A program made the translations under genes and the position numbers. The notes under the pieces are model-generated. The model was not told the DNA's origin, ran no database searches, and was given only the letters and a program-made list of their open reading frames with translations. A DNA stretch of 64,000 bases from the human T2T-CHM13v2.0 reference genome, Homo sapiens: assembly GCF_009914755.1 (NCBI RefSeq), contig NC_060930.1; one strand, written 5' to 3'. This document shows positions 31,853-46,245 of this stretch, in pieces. Numbering within the stretch: position 1 is the first letter of the stretch; every line of letters starts with the position of its first letter.

Positions 31853-32190
31853 CTTCATCTTCCTTATCCGGAAGCTTCCCCTTTCCCTGCTCCTGTTTAC
31901 ATCCCCTGCCCCATAATTCCCACTACACTCCCTTTTGGGGCTAGGATTTCTTTATAAGGGAGCAGACAGCAGAAGCAGATAAATTTTCCCCACAGAAGAC
32001 TGCCTGACTGTACAGGCTGTGTACACTGATTATTATTGTTACTTTAAATCGGAAATGTAATTAGTGTATTAGTATTTAATTGTATAGTAGTCTATTAGTA
32101 GCACAAAATCCATTCACCTAAGATTATTCTTGTAGGTGATTTGGACACAATAAAGTCAAGCTTATTACTATTTCATCATCGCTGTGGTAT

Positions 32191-32209
32191 TATTGCCCCC
32201 TGGTGGCTA
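32191..32209 (-). promoter_or_regulatory. Candidate CTCF site
   Basis: Minus strand reads TAGCCACCAGGGGGCAATA, a close match to the CTCF core CCACCAGGGGGCGC, in non-repeat sequence. Confidence 0.7.
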
Positions 32210-32318
32210 TGCTAATTACTTAGCCCTGACCGACTGGGAGCTATTGCTCTTCAAACAGCAGCCGGGATGTTCCCGGAGGATTGTGGTACTTGCTTCTCTC
32301 CAAACAAACCTAGAGACA

Positions 32319-32612
32319 ATCCGGGCGCGGTGGCTCACGCCTGTAATCCCAACACTTTGGAAGGCCAAGGTGGGTGAATCACTTGAGGTCAGGAGTTCGA
32401 GACCAACCTGGCCAACATGGTGAAACCCTGTCTCTACTCAAAATGCAACAATTAGCCGGGGCGCACACCTGTAATCCTGGTTACTTAGGAGCCTGAGGCA
32501 AGGGAATCGCTTGAACCGGGAGGGGGAGATTGCAGTGAGCCAAGATCATGCCACTGTACTCCAACCTGGGTGACAGAGTGAGGCTCTATTTCAAGAAGAA
32601 TAAGAAAAAAAC
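32319..32612 (+). mobile_element. AluSx-like
   Basis: Dimer; ctagagaca present on both flanks. Confidence 0.9.
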
Positions 32613-33359
32613 CAAAAACTAGAGACAAAAAGGGCATGAGAGCATTTTTTTTAATGAAAGTCTCTATGTCAACCCCACCCACACCTTTGTCTTTAGGGTG
32701 ACCCACTCCAACCCTTTACTCCCCTTCCCCTAGACTTTTCTGTCTCTTCTTAGGCATCATTCAGTCTGGCAAACAGCTAGAGTCATGAAGCCATGTGGTC
32801 TCCAAGAACAACAGTTGGCGATCCCCAGTTTTGAGAACACCTGTAGTTCAACCTGATAGGCAGCATTTCCATGGCCTTAGGCTTTCAGGCAGCAAAAAAG
32901 TTTCAAATGTATAAAATCACAGAAGCACTGCCAGTCATCAGCCAGGTGAAGTTACCTATGATAATTACTGTGCACTCTTAGGAAGTGTCACCTGTGCACT
33001 TCGGTTTCATGTTTCCAAATGCATACTCACTCTTCAAATCAGAAACTTACCCACAAGACACAATTCAGCCACTCAAAATTGTACAGCCTGGTTCTAGCCT
33101 TTAAGATGAAATAGGAGAAGGTGGATATGGGGAATTTTGTGTCTAATCGATAGAAAATGCTTTGGCCAAGTTGAAAATATATATATATAGCAGTTTTTGC
33201 TATATGTTCTTTCCAACAGAGAGAAGCATTTCCAAAAAGCCAGAGGTAGTTGCTTTTATCCATAATGAAAGCAATTCAGTTAAATGGTCGTTCACAAAGC
33301 AGAACTTGGCGTGGAACCCAGGGTTCCTTGCTGCCTGCATTCCCATTTTTTTCTCTCTA

Positions 33360-33575
33360 GCACTGAATTAAGAATCAGACAGCAGCTGGCTCTGATTCTT
33401 GATCCCTTTGTTACTAGCTGTGTAAGGCAAGTTATTCAAGGATTTCTGAGCCTCGGGATCTTCCCTTTATATCCATAAAATGGGTATAATAATACCTACC
33501 TTATATGTTTGTTGTAAAGAACTTATGCCAGGCACGTATTAACCATTCAAGAGGCAGTAGCTGTCATCATTACCG
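33360..33575 (+). mobile_element. MIR
   Basis: ttactagctgtgt...ggcaagttatt...taaaatgggtataataatacctacc. Confidence 0.7.
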
Positions 33576-33748
33576 TAATTATTCTTATAGTTATTCAAGA
33601 CCTTATGGTTGATCTCAAGGAAGAAAATAACAAAAAGCCAGTCAAAGCTCATTGTTTGCATTGGAGAACAATATTTAGTTACTTAGAAGACATTGTGAGT
33701 AACAACTGACAAATGATATCCTTCCCCTGCCCTCTTTTTCTGTCTCTC

Positions 33749-34005
33749 TGTGGCAGGTGGAATTCTCAAATGGACCCTAAAATTCCAGGCCCCTGGTATA
33801 TGACCCTGAATAATCCCTTTTCTTTGGATGTGGGTAGAGCCTGTGATTATGATGGAATGTCACACTCATGAACAGGTTACACTGTATGGTAAAGGGGAAG
33901 GCATTCTGCAGATATAATTAGGGTTTCACATCAGTTGATTTTTGAGTTCATTGAAGGAGATATTATCCTGGGTGGGCCTGACCAAATCAGGTGAGCCCTT
34001 AATTT

Positions 34006-34048
<43 letters not shown>

Positions 34049-34668
34049 TTTTGAGACAGAGTCTAGCTCTGTTGCCCAAGCTAGAGTGCAGTGGTGTGAT
34101 CTCGGCTCACTGCAGCCTCCACCCTCCGGGTTCAAACAATTATCTTGCCTCAGCCTCCCCAGCCTCCTGTAGTAGCTGGGACTACAGGCACGCACCACCA
34201 CGCCCAGCTAATTTTTTGTATTTTAGTAGAGACAGAGTTTCAACATCTTGCCCAGGCTGGTCTCAAACTCCTGAGCTCAGGCAGTCTGCCCGCCTCAGCC
34301 TCCCAAAGTGCTAAGATTACAGGTGTGAGCCACTGCACCCGGCCTGAGCCCTTTAAAGGAGGCTCTAGAGGTTGGAGACAGGAGAAGCAGAGCTCTCTCT
34401 TGCTGGCCTTGAAGAAGCAAGTTGCTGTGAGTTCCACAGCTGCAAGGAAATGAATTCTGCCCATAATCACATGAGCTTGGAAAAGGATCTCAAGTCCCAG
34501 ATGAGACCCCAGCCAACATCTTGATTGCAGCTCATGAGGCCCTGAGCAGAAGACCCAACGAAGTCATGCCTGGACTCCTGACCATGAAACTGTGAGAAAA
34601 TAAATATGTGTGGTTTTAAGCCACTGAATTTGTGGAAATTTGTTATGCAGGTATAGAAAACGAATACA
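33749..34668 (+). mobile_element. MLT1E/F-like solo LTR split by an Alu
   Basis: tgtggcagg start; ttttaagccactgaatttgtgg..atttgttatgcag...aataca end. Confidence 0.78.
34003..34344 (-). mobile_element. AluS with (TTTA)n tail
   Basis: TSD tgagccctt on both flanks. Confidence 0.9.
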
Positions 34669-34769
34669 CTCCAATACCTCGAAAAATATTAACATGGTAT
34701 TCACTGGTGTTTAATTTCACAAAGAACTAGGAAAAGAGCCCAGATGTCAAGACTCTTATCCCAGTATTT

Positions 34770-36630
34770 GATTGCTTCTTTGACTTGTGGGTTATTTATA
34801 GAATATTTTTAGTTTCCAAATAGTTGGGAGCTCATCCAGAGATCACGTTACTGGTTTTTACATTATACTTCCAGTATGTTTCCATTTCTCCCTTCCTGGC
34901 CTCTGTTCTGTCATCGTCATCACATATTGTACATTCACATATGCCATGAACTCCACACTGTATTGTTATTATTGATCTTTAAACAATGAATTCTCTTTAA
35001 AGAAAACTAAGAAATAAGAAAAACTCATATTTACACATGTAGTTACCATTTCCAGTGTTTTTCATTCCTTTGTATAAATCCATAGTTCCATTTGGTATCA
35101 TTTTCCTTCCACTTGAAGGACTTAACATTTCTTATATATGGGTCTGCTGGTGATGAGTTCTTTCAGTTTTTGTATGCCTAAAAACGTATTCATTTAGCCT
35201 TTGTTTTGAAGAGATATCTTCACAGGGTATAAAAGTATAGGTTGCCACATTTTTCTTTCAATATTTTACAATGCTTAGTACTTTAAAGTACCTTGGCACA
35301 TAGCATGTTTTATTTCTCTGTCTGCTTTTAAGATTTTTCTTTTTATCACTGGTTTTGAGAAATTTGATAAAGATGTTCCTTGATATAGTTTTTTTTTTTT
35401 AATGTTTCTTGTGCCAAGGGTTCCTTGGGTATCTTGGATTTGTGATTTTATCATTTTCATCAAATTTGGAATTTGATGCCCATTATTTTTTCAAAATTTT
35501 TTCTGTTCCCACCTCCTGCCCTTGCCCCCACCTTATCTTCTCTCCTTTGGGGACTCCAATTACATGTATATTCAGTTGTGTGACGTTTTTCTTCAGTTCA
35601 CTTTCACTGTGTTCATTTTTGTTCTTAGTCTTTTTTCTCTGTAGGTTTGATTTCGGATAGTTTCTCTTGCTATGCCTTCAAGTTCATTAATCTTTTCTTA
35701 CGCAAAGTCTAACTGATCATTAATTCTACACAGTGTATTTATTTAAATACATTGTATTTAATATTTCCTGTAGCTCTTTGAACATATGGAATACAGTAAT
35801 AATAAGTTTTAATGCCCTCATCTGCTAATTTGAACATCAGCTCTGGGTCGATTTTGATCAGTTTATTTTTCTCCTAATTGTGGGTCACATTTTCCTGCTT
35901 CTTTGCATGCCTGCTAAGTTTTGTATTAGATGTCCGACATTATCAGTTTTACCTTATGGGTGCCACATAGTTTTGTGTTCCTATAAATATTCCTGAACGT
36001 TGTTTTGAGAGGCAGTTCCATTAGTTCAGTCCTTGCTTTTGCAATGTGTTAGGTGGGACCATAGCAATGTTTAGTGTAGGGCTAATTTTTCCCCACTAGC
36101 AAGGCCAAACCCTCGTGAGTTTTCTGGTCTGGTTGGTAAGAACAAGCACTGTGAGAGCTCTGATTATTATAGCCTCTAGGCCTTTCTGTAGTTATTTCCC
36201 CAACCTCAGGCAGCTTTCTCATATGCATGTATTGACCAGTCCTCTATGGAATATTCAAGGGGATCCTCTGCAGCTCTCCGGAATTCTCCCTCTATCTCCT
36301 ATCAGCTACTTTGCCGTGCAAACTCTAGCCACTTTTTCCTTCCTTGATTCTCAGCTCCTTCTCCTCAATTCAGGCAATCCACAGGGCTCCGCTGGGGTTT
36401 CCTCTCCCTGCACTACCATCTATAAACGTCTTCAAGGTAGTTAGCTGGGATTAATCATAGAGCTCACCCTCTCAGCTTTCCATCTCTCAAGGATCACTGT
36501 CCTTCATCGCCTGATGTCCAATGTCTTGACAACCATTGTTTTATATATTTTGGATTTTTTATTAATTTTTTTTCCTTGAGAGGGTAAATCTAGTGTTTGT
36601 TACTCTATCTTGACTGGAAGCAGAAGTCTA
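34770..36630 (-). mobile_element. Old L1MC/MD 5' UTR-ORF1 region
   Basis: T-rich antisense L1 motifs (ggtctgctggtgatga, gggactccaattaca, ggatcactgtcctt). Confidence 0.65.
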
Positions 36631-37492
36631 TCTGAACCATGTTGCATCAGAAGAAAGGGCAGAAGGTGAGAGTCATCATTCTACTGAATTTCTAGAAGCT
36701 GTCTAGATATATGATAATCATACAATTGAGATAGTTTTTCTGTTTTACTCCCGGTTTTTTTTTACATAATAGACTGAGAAAAGGGAACAGGTCAGATGCA
36801 TCTATTTTTCTCTTGCAGGAATTTATAAATATTTTTAAACTTGTTTTCCTAACAGAATGAGAAATAAAAGAATTCTAAAATTATTGGTGAATTTAACTCA
36901 AAGCAAGCCAAAAGTCTAAGAAGATAACAAGCTGAATTTTTCCCTCTAGTGGTTTGAGGTGATACCACATCTGCTCTGAGCCATTGAAAGTACAATCTTA
37001 CTACATTATGTAGAATCCTTTGAAATTAAGATTCTCCCTGCTAGGCGAACATCCTTGCTAAGATCACTGCAAATATCTATCACTGTTGTCCGTTCTGCAT
37101 TTATCTGGTAAATATTCAGTCTAATTAATAGTCAGTTGGGATTAACTCTAAAGGGGAACAAGAATAAACTCAGCAGGAAAGTTTTAGGCCCTCCCATTAT
37201 GGAGAATTCTTCAATTACTCCTTTTAAGTTTTCAGAGACTGCGCTAAAAAGGACTGATGATGCTGTTAGCTATAAAACCTGTCAGGGGAGAAGAATGTTC
37301 CCTGCTGCAGTGTTTGCTGAAGTTACATCAATGTCTGAGCAACATCCCCATCACTAAGAACACCACCTGGTTGTAAAGTAAACTATATTTGGAAAAAAAG
37401 AAAAAACGAAGGCATTTTGTCATGCAATATGGTATCATCCTCTGCTGAGTGCCAGAGAAATTCTACAAATGGAATAAGAACTAGCAGGATCT

Positions 37493-37822
<330 letters not shown>

Positions 37823-38009
37823 TTAGGGGCAACAGGAGCAACCCATATCCTAGGCTTGTACCTCGATAAATTACCCCCTTTTTGACTCTGTTGTACCTCA
37901 AACAATCAGTATATTAACACGTGACCTCCTCAAGAACAAAAACTAGATGGTACTATTTAATACTTCTTTTGGGGTCCCACCCAGTCCTAACAGCAATGAT
38001 GCTGACATT

Positions 38010-38440
38010 GGCTACCTCTCTGACCTTGTCCCTACATCTCCCAAACCCCCATGCAGCCACATTGGCCTTTATGCAGTCCCTCACATGTGCCAAATATGCT
38101 TCTACCACAGGGCGCTTTCACTTGCTGTTCCCTCTGCTTGGAGCATTCCACTCACTTCCATCTGTAACAGTCATTTCTTCTCTGCTTTTCCTGACGCTCC
38201 AGCCTAAAATCACACCACCCTCCAGTACTTTCCATCCTTTTCCAACCTTTATTTTCTGCCCAGCCCTTTTTACCACCTCACATGATATATATTCACTTAT
38301 GTGTTTATTCTGTTGACCCTTAAACAATAAGGCACTTGAAGGCAGGGGTTTTATTTTGATCTTCCTGTCTCCCCAGCACCTGAGACAGCAGCTAGTGCAC
38401 AGTAGGGGCTCAATAAATACTTGCTGAATGAATAAATAAG
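38010..38440 (+). mobile_element. L2 3' end
   Basis: gctgttccctctgcttgga...ctcaataaatacttgctgaatgaat. Confidence 0.78.
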
Positions 38441-38750
38441 CAAGCATGTAGAACAAATTGTGAGCTAAACACAAGTGTGTGCATCATAAGGAAACTGGCT
38501 TGGTTAGATGGAAGTAGCAAATGATGGTTGGTTATAAAGTTAAAATTTAACACAGCACGCGATTGGAGACACTATTGGAGTTTGTTTGTATGGGGTCAGC
38601 TGAGATGCGGAGTAGCAATCTAGGAAGGCAATGAAGAAGGATTCATGGGAAAATTGAGGCTGGTTGAGTCTGAGACACTCCCTCAAGAAAGGCTTAGTAC
38701 GAAGATCCCAATCATGAATCCTGCAAAACATTTCTCAGCAGGCTGATGTA

Positions 38751-39070
38751 CAGTTGTCCCTCGATCTCCCCAGGTTCCAGGACCCTGCAGACACCAAAAT
38801 CCATGGATGCTCAAGTCCCTTATATAAACTGACATATCATTTGCATACAAACTACACACATCCTCCCATATGCCTTAAATCCTCTCTAGATTATTTACAA
38901 TACCTAATACAGTGTAAATGCTATATAAGTACTTGTTATACTGTATTGTTTTTGATTAGCATTATTTTTTATTGTTGTATTCTTATTTTATAAATTTTTA
39001 ACCTGTGGTGGCTGAATCTGTGGATGCGGAACCTGCAGACACCAGATACCCAGATACCAAGGGCCAACTG
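38751..39070. mobile_element. MER2-like Tigger MITE
   Basis: Terminal inverted repeats cagttgtccct / agggccaactg, TA on the left flank. Confidence 0.8.
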
Positions 39071-39585
39071 CGTACCCTGTGGAATGTGAAACAGCATAAC
39101 CTTTTTTTGACCGACACTCTTACTTAATATTAGCACCTGGAAGTGTGGTGGCAAGGTAAGTAACCACATTTAAAAACTGGCCTGAACAGTAGCTGCACAG
39201 GACCATTTACAAACTGAGCTAGAGCTTTCCACTGGCACATTCCCCTTCCAAGATGGCACCGACTTTGTTATTTTATTTTTTTTAAGAATAAATGACATTT
39301 TCATATTCGCAGTGCATCAGTCTCACCGGGGCTCCTCTACTGGCTTAATGGTTGTCATTACAAGGATTCCATCTGCCGACTCACAGCTGAAAGGTGGGCC
39401 AACAGGAGGGCCCAGCTGAGCACTTAATAGGTGCATAATACACGTTTCAGAAATTAAAAGTGGCAGAGCCACTTCTGCAAGCAATGACGCTGGTGCCACC
39501 TGGTGTGAGGATGAAGCCCCTTCAGGCAGAGGAAGGTTGAAGAATGGAATTTCTCTTTACCAGTGGAGGCTGGTCCCCAGCACAC

Positions 39586-39663
39586 TCATCTGTTTGGGAA
39601 AGGTGTCCCAAACCTTTCTCAATCCATCATCTGTTTGGGAAAGGTGTCCCAAACCTTTCTCAA

Positions 39664-39703
<40 letters not shown>
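39586..39703. repeat. Perfect 41-bp tandem duplication followed by (TC)n
   Basis: 39586-39626 is identical to 39627-39667; TC repeat 39668-39703. Confidence 0.95.
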
Positions 39704-39705
<2 letters not shown>

Positions 39706-40112
39706 CCCGCCTCCCCCTGCCCCTTCCTTGCTTCCCCACCCAACTCCCACCCTACTAGGCTTGTACCTGAGTTTCACAGTCCTTGCAGAGAGAATTCGTG
39801 GCAGCCTCCCTGTGAGATTCTCCTGGTGAGACTCAGCAGACTTTCTAGGGGAGAAGAGCTGTGATTTTCCTCCAAGTAATTTTGACTATCAGGTCCTCAC
39901 TGCAGCTTGTTCTGAAAAAGAATAGAGAACAGGCAGCTCTCTGTAGCTGCTATAATTGCAGAGCCAAATGAGAGAAGACAGAGGGAAGGAGGGTGTGAGC
40001 AAAAGAAGCGAGAATCATGGGACTTATGCAAACCCCATCCATGCTCAGGAGGGAGCTTCCCTAGAGGAACAGCGGGGACAGCCACTGCGACGACGGTAAT
40101 GCTTGAGTCTAG

Positions 40113-40471
<359 letters not shown>

Positions 40472-40587
40472 CTGATTTTCCTAAAGCTTTGTGGCTTGAT
40501 ATATCAGTTGAATTATGTTGGTCTAAAAATGAGATGTAGTCAAACTCATGGTTTAAAAAAAAAGTCCTGTTTAAAACCAGATTATTT

Positions 40588-40884
<297 letters not shown>

Positions 40885-41106
40885 AAAACCAGATTATTTG
40901 ATAAAAAACTTTTTCTTCACTTGCAGTAAAGCTAATTTGATAAATTTGTGAATTTCAGCTAGAATTTATAATTTTATCTACTTTACAATAAAAAATACAT
41001 CTACCCTAAATGACAAATTTGTAGATCATCTCAATTGCCATATATTGCATAACTATTGTGCAGGAATATTGTGAAGGAAGCACTTTTCAGGCCTTTTTTT
41101 TTCTAA

Positions 41107-41478
<372 letters not shown>

Positions 41479-41614
41479 TACTATCTCCTTTCTTAAAGAA
41501 GAGTAAACTAGGACTTAGGAAGGTGAAATAACGTCCCAAGGTCAAAGGTGAAACCTGGTCAGTCTCCCTCGGAAGCCCAAGTTCTTCTCTTCTCTGCTCT
41601 GCTCTCTGCAATGT

Positions 41615-41793
41615 GTCAGTCATCCCTGCACATGTGAATAACCTGAGGTACTTGTTGAAAACACAGATTCCGAGGCACCAGTCCTGCAGGTTCCAATCCA
41701 GCACCCTTGTTCTTGTTGCTGGGAATATGCATTGATGACAAGCAGCAGAGGCTATTCTAAAACAGATGCTGTAGTGCCTCGCTTTGAGAACCA
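41615..41793. mobile_element. MER5A-like hAT MITE
   Basis: cttgttgaaaacacagattcc...ctttgagaacca. Confidence 0.55.
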
Positions 41794-43017
41794 GAGCTCC
41801 AGGAACTATTAAACATCCAGTACCTCCTAGTCCAGCCCCCAGAGATTAAATGGCTTCCTCAAGGCTGCTCCGTAACAGAACAGGGCTGGGATCAGAAGGG
41901 ACCCAGCCGGCCCAGCATTCTTTCCACCACATTCCAGTGGAGAAAAAAATCAAGTTTCTGAGAGAGCTTTGTTCTTCCCCTCATTTTTTCAGTTCTTCAA
42001 GCAGCCAAACTCCCCTGGAGCGTCAAACAATATGTTCAAGGCCAGCACGGAAAAATCACACCACTAATTCGAAAAGTCTCAGTGCTTTTTGCCCATGTAC
42101 TGCCAAAATTGGAAGCAGTGAAAATCATTTAAATATTACTTTTCTTTAATTGTGAGAATATCAGTGTGTGAAAATTGCCATGTGTAACCTTAAGAGTTGT
42201 TACAGCTTTCTAAAAAGCAAGCTTGCCTTTTCCAACTGCCATTCAGCAAGTATTGTTTCTCATTTTACACATCCCCATTAAATTCTCAGCACAGTATTAG
42301 ACCTATACAATATCTAAATGCAGTTCAGAACTGCTTCTTAACATAGATGTAAATGGAAGTCTTATAATTCTATGAGATTATTATAGCTAAATTTACTGTT
42401 ACACTGCCGTTCTCTGAGTTATTACCCTGAGATTGGTGTTTTACTCTCTGTATTTACCCAGTTTGTGTTGAATGAGCAAACATCAAGATTATTGGCTTAA
42501 TGCCAAGGTTCAACAAACAATTGTTCCCCTGTTTGTGGGCTTATTTATTTATTTCTGGTTGTTCTCTGCAAGAATCTGTCAAACCAACTCTCTTAAAGGG
42601 ATACCTAAAATATGCCTGGACTCTGTATTTTGGGGCAACACCATTCATTCATTACTGGTGTTACTGCAAGTGTTGGCAGATGAATTGCAAAAATCTTGAT
42701 TATGCAAATGTGTTGTCGTGTGTGTGTGTTTTTAATGACAATATTCTGATTCAAATTTCCTTTAGTAATAGCAGTTTTCTTTATCACACAACTGTTCACA
42801 GACAGATTTGTGAGCTTCCTAAATGTGCTTGGTACAGTAACTGAGGCAACCTGCCCCAGCAGATTCAGAAGCCAGAAACTTCAGAGACCCCTTATAACTG
42901 AGCAACACAATGTATATGAGGGATGAGGGGTGACTGTTTTCAAGTAATGGAATGTTTGGGTTGAAATGTCTGGCAAAGGGATGTGAAGAACCAGAACAAC
43001 ATGGGATTTTAAAATTA

Positions 43018-43330
<313 letters not shown>

Positions 43331-43716
43331 ATAAAATTTGATCTTGAATTCAAGATGACACTCAAAATGCCACCTGTCTCCTACAAGCTGGTGCCCTCTT
43401 GTCTTTTTCCAGAAGCCACAGTGCTCCCTGCAGTACATCTCAGATGCAACACAGTGAAGTGTCGTTCCCACCCTATAGCCCTCCTGTTGAACAGAGTGCT
43501 TCAGCGAAGCATGGGAGGGCTTATCAGCTGAATGAAGCCACTTAACATGTTTTAAAGGCCTGGGAATTCTGTTATTTAATGAGATAAATTCCCTTGTGTG
43601 GCATTTATACCCTCGGAGTTTTTTGCCCTTCTGAAAGTAGCACAAACTCTTTCTGGCTGCTCGGGTTCCTTGTAGTGATTTAATAAGTTTGTGGGAGTTA
43701 CTTTATCATTTTAAAT

Positions 43717-44040
43717 CTGGGATCAGCAAACATGTTCCATAAGAGGCTGGATAATAAAGATTTTAGGCTTTGCAGACCATATGATCTCTGCCATAACTAC
43801 TCAACTCTGCCAGAAAAGCAGCTGTTGGGTGATAATATGTAAACAAATGGGAATGTCTGTGTTCCAATAAAACTTTATTTACAAACACTGACATTTGAAT
43901 TTCATATAATTTTCACAAATCACTAAATCGTACTCTCCTTCATTTTTTTTTCAGCCACTTAAAACACAAAATCCATTCTTAGCTCATATGTCCTATAAAG
44001 ACAGAGTGGGCAAGATTTGGTCGGTGGGTTTTCTAGTCTT
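43717..44040. mobile_element. MER58B-like hAT element
   Basis: ttttaggctttgcag, aactactcaactctgcc, gttccaataaaactttatttacaaa. Confidence 0.75.
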
Positions 44041-45057
44041 TGCTTTAGACTAATAGTAGGCTGATAAAGTAGAAATGCCAACATTAGCCACTAGCTGCCC
44101 TCATTTACCTAATCCTCAACAAGCACTCAAAATATTAGCTATTATTGTAATAATTAGTCCATTGAGACATGTTTGGGAATGAAAATCAGTACATAATTTT
44201 TCTATTTATGGAAAGATGCCAGTAAACTCAGTAAATGTGGTATTGGGATTAGAACTGATTTCTCCATGTGACTTTCTACTTCTTAGAAAAGCTTGGAGTT
44301 GGAACTGATATCAGAAAGCTTCCACCGTGGAATCTGAAGCCTCTGGGCTGCCTATGACTCACCCTGCCCTAATACCTTGCCCTAATACGCTATTGCTGAG
44401 AGTGCTGCAGGGAGACAAGGCTGCTCTCTGGTTTATCCTGCGTCCCATGTGGGTTCAGTTTCTACCAGAACAGAGAGAAAACCAACTCCTAGGTTGGGTG
44501 ATGGCAGGCGAGGATTTTCTTTTCTCCTTCACCCTGATCCACTAAATACAAAGATCCTTTCTCTACCAGGGAAGAGAAATAAGCAGCTGGTGTAACATCA
44601 GGGCTCCTAGTTGTAATTTTACGCATAATGATCTTCCTAGACTGAAAATTCCTTGATAAAATGAGGCCAGTGTTTCTTTTCTTCATACTTGATTGTCTAA
44701 TGGACTTTGTCTTGATTCTTCTCCTTCATTTTCCTCCTCACTTCTTTCTCCTGTCTTCCATTTTTCTTTTCTATTTTCTGTTCTTGCAGTAATGATTTAA
44801 TATTCAGAGGTGTTCTACACCCTTGCTACTCAAAGTCTGGTTGTATTTATTACCTATGGTTTTTTTAGCATAGCTAGTTGAATTGTAAGTTTATATAATT
44901 TAATTTTAATAACAGCTGTATTTAACAACTGGGGCCAAATTTCCTGTTAATCAGCTCTCATCAGCCAGTAAAAACTGGCCCTAACAGACCCCCAGAAAAA
45001 GGGCATTTTCACACCTTTGGATATGTTAACTTAAAAAACACACACAGTATCTAGAAA

Positions 45058-46245
45058 TGTGGAAAGGAGAGAAAACTTCATTTCTTATAAAGGGTTACAG
45101 CCTGCAAGGTGGCCATCCTTCAGGCTGAGAAGCTTGCCTCGTGCAAAGACCAGAGACAGGGGCTTCAAAGGAGTAGGGGTTGGGGTAACAGCTTTATCCT
45201 GAACCGGCTGGCTAAACATACATATTCAACAGGTTGTAGGAGGAGCTATGAATATTCATAAAGGTAGTTCGGATGCATATGTATTAAACAAACATGCATG
45301 TTAACATATCACCCCATGTTCACTTTGGGGTGATTTAACATTTGAATGTATTACAAGTAAGTCCTATATATCAAAAGGTCTTTTGAGGACATGAAGCATG
45401 CAAGTGCATAACCTCTGTCAACTGGCCAGAAACAGTCCATGGTCGCTGGTCTTCTTATCAGGAGAAAGTTACTGAAATTGATCTCTTGTCCAATCAAAGC
45501 TGTAGTTAGGGCTGGTGTCGCAGGAGGTCAGTTAGAGCCTGTGAGCTGGATAAGCTGTAATTGTTTCAATATTGCTTATTTCTGGCCAGTGCTTGTTTAG
45601 CTGCTAAAGAGAAAGAAAAACTTCATAGCAAGATTAGAACATAGTTTCTTCTTTAAATGTAGAGGTGTATGACTTAACCATTGCCTTAGGTCCTATTTAT
45701 AATTTGGTATGTTACTGCCACGAAAGTTCTGTCAATCTTCTTTTTTTTTTTTTCTTTTTGAGATGGAGTCTCGCTCTGTCACCCAGGCTGGAGTGCAATG
45801 GTGCCATCTCGGTTCACTGCACTCTCCACCTTCCGGGTTCAAGCAATTCTCCCTGCCTCAGCCTCCCAAGTATCTGGGATTACAGACACCCGCCACCACA
45901 CCCGCTAATTTTTGTAATTTTAGTAGAGACGGTGATTCGCCAGGTTGGCCAGGTTGGTCTTGAACTCCTGACCTAAGGTGATCCACCTGCCTTGGCCTCC
46001 CGAAGGGCTGGGATTACAGGCGTGAGCCACCGCCTGTTCTGCCAATCTTCTGGTCTCTATTTTAACATTAATGCTGATCAGTTGTTGTGTCTAAACCAAG
46101 GCGGTATAAAAAAAAAAAAAAGGCATGTCTCACCTCTCATTCCGTCATAACCAGGAACTTGGTTTTTAAGTTGTTCTTGGGTCCCCTTGGCTCAGAAGGG
46201 GTCTGTTCAGTCTATGGTGGGCTTAGGATTTTATTTTAGTTTACA
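45058..46245 (-). mobile_element. MER4-family (ERV1) solo LTR split by an Alu
   Basis: Minus strand starts tgtaaactaaaataaaatcctaagccc; TG..CA termini. Confidence 0.72.
45742..46035 (-). mobile_element. AluS in LTR
   Basis: TSD gttctgtcaatcttct 45726-45741 / gttctgccaatcttct 46036-46051. Confidence 0.92.

Noticed and set aside
39586-39667. CRISPR-like repeat
   Set aside because: Two adjacent copies, no spacers, eukaryotic context
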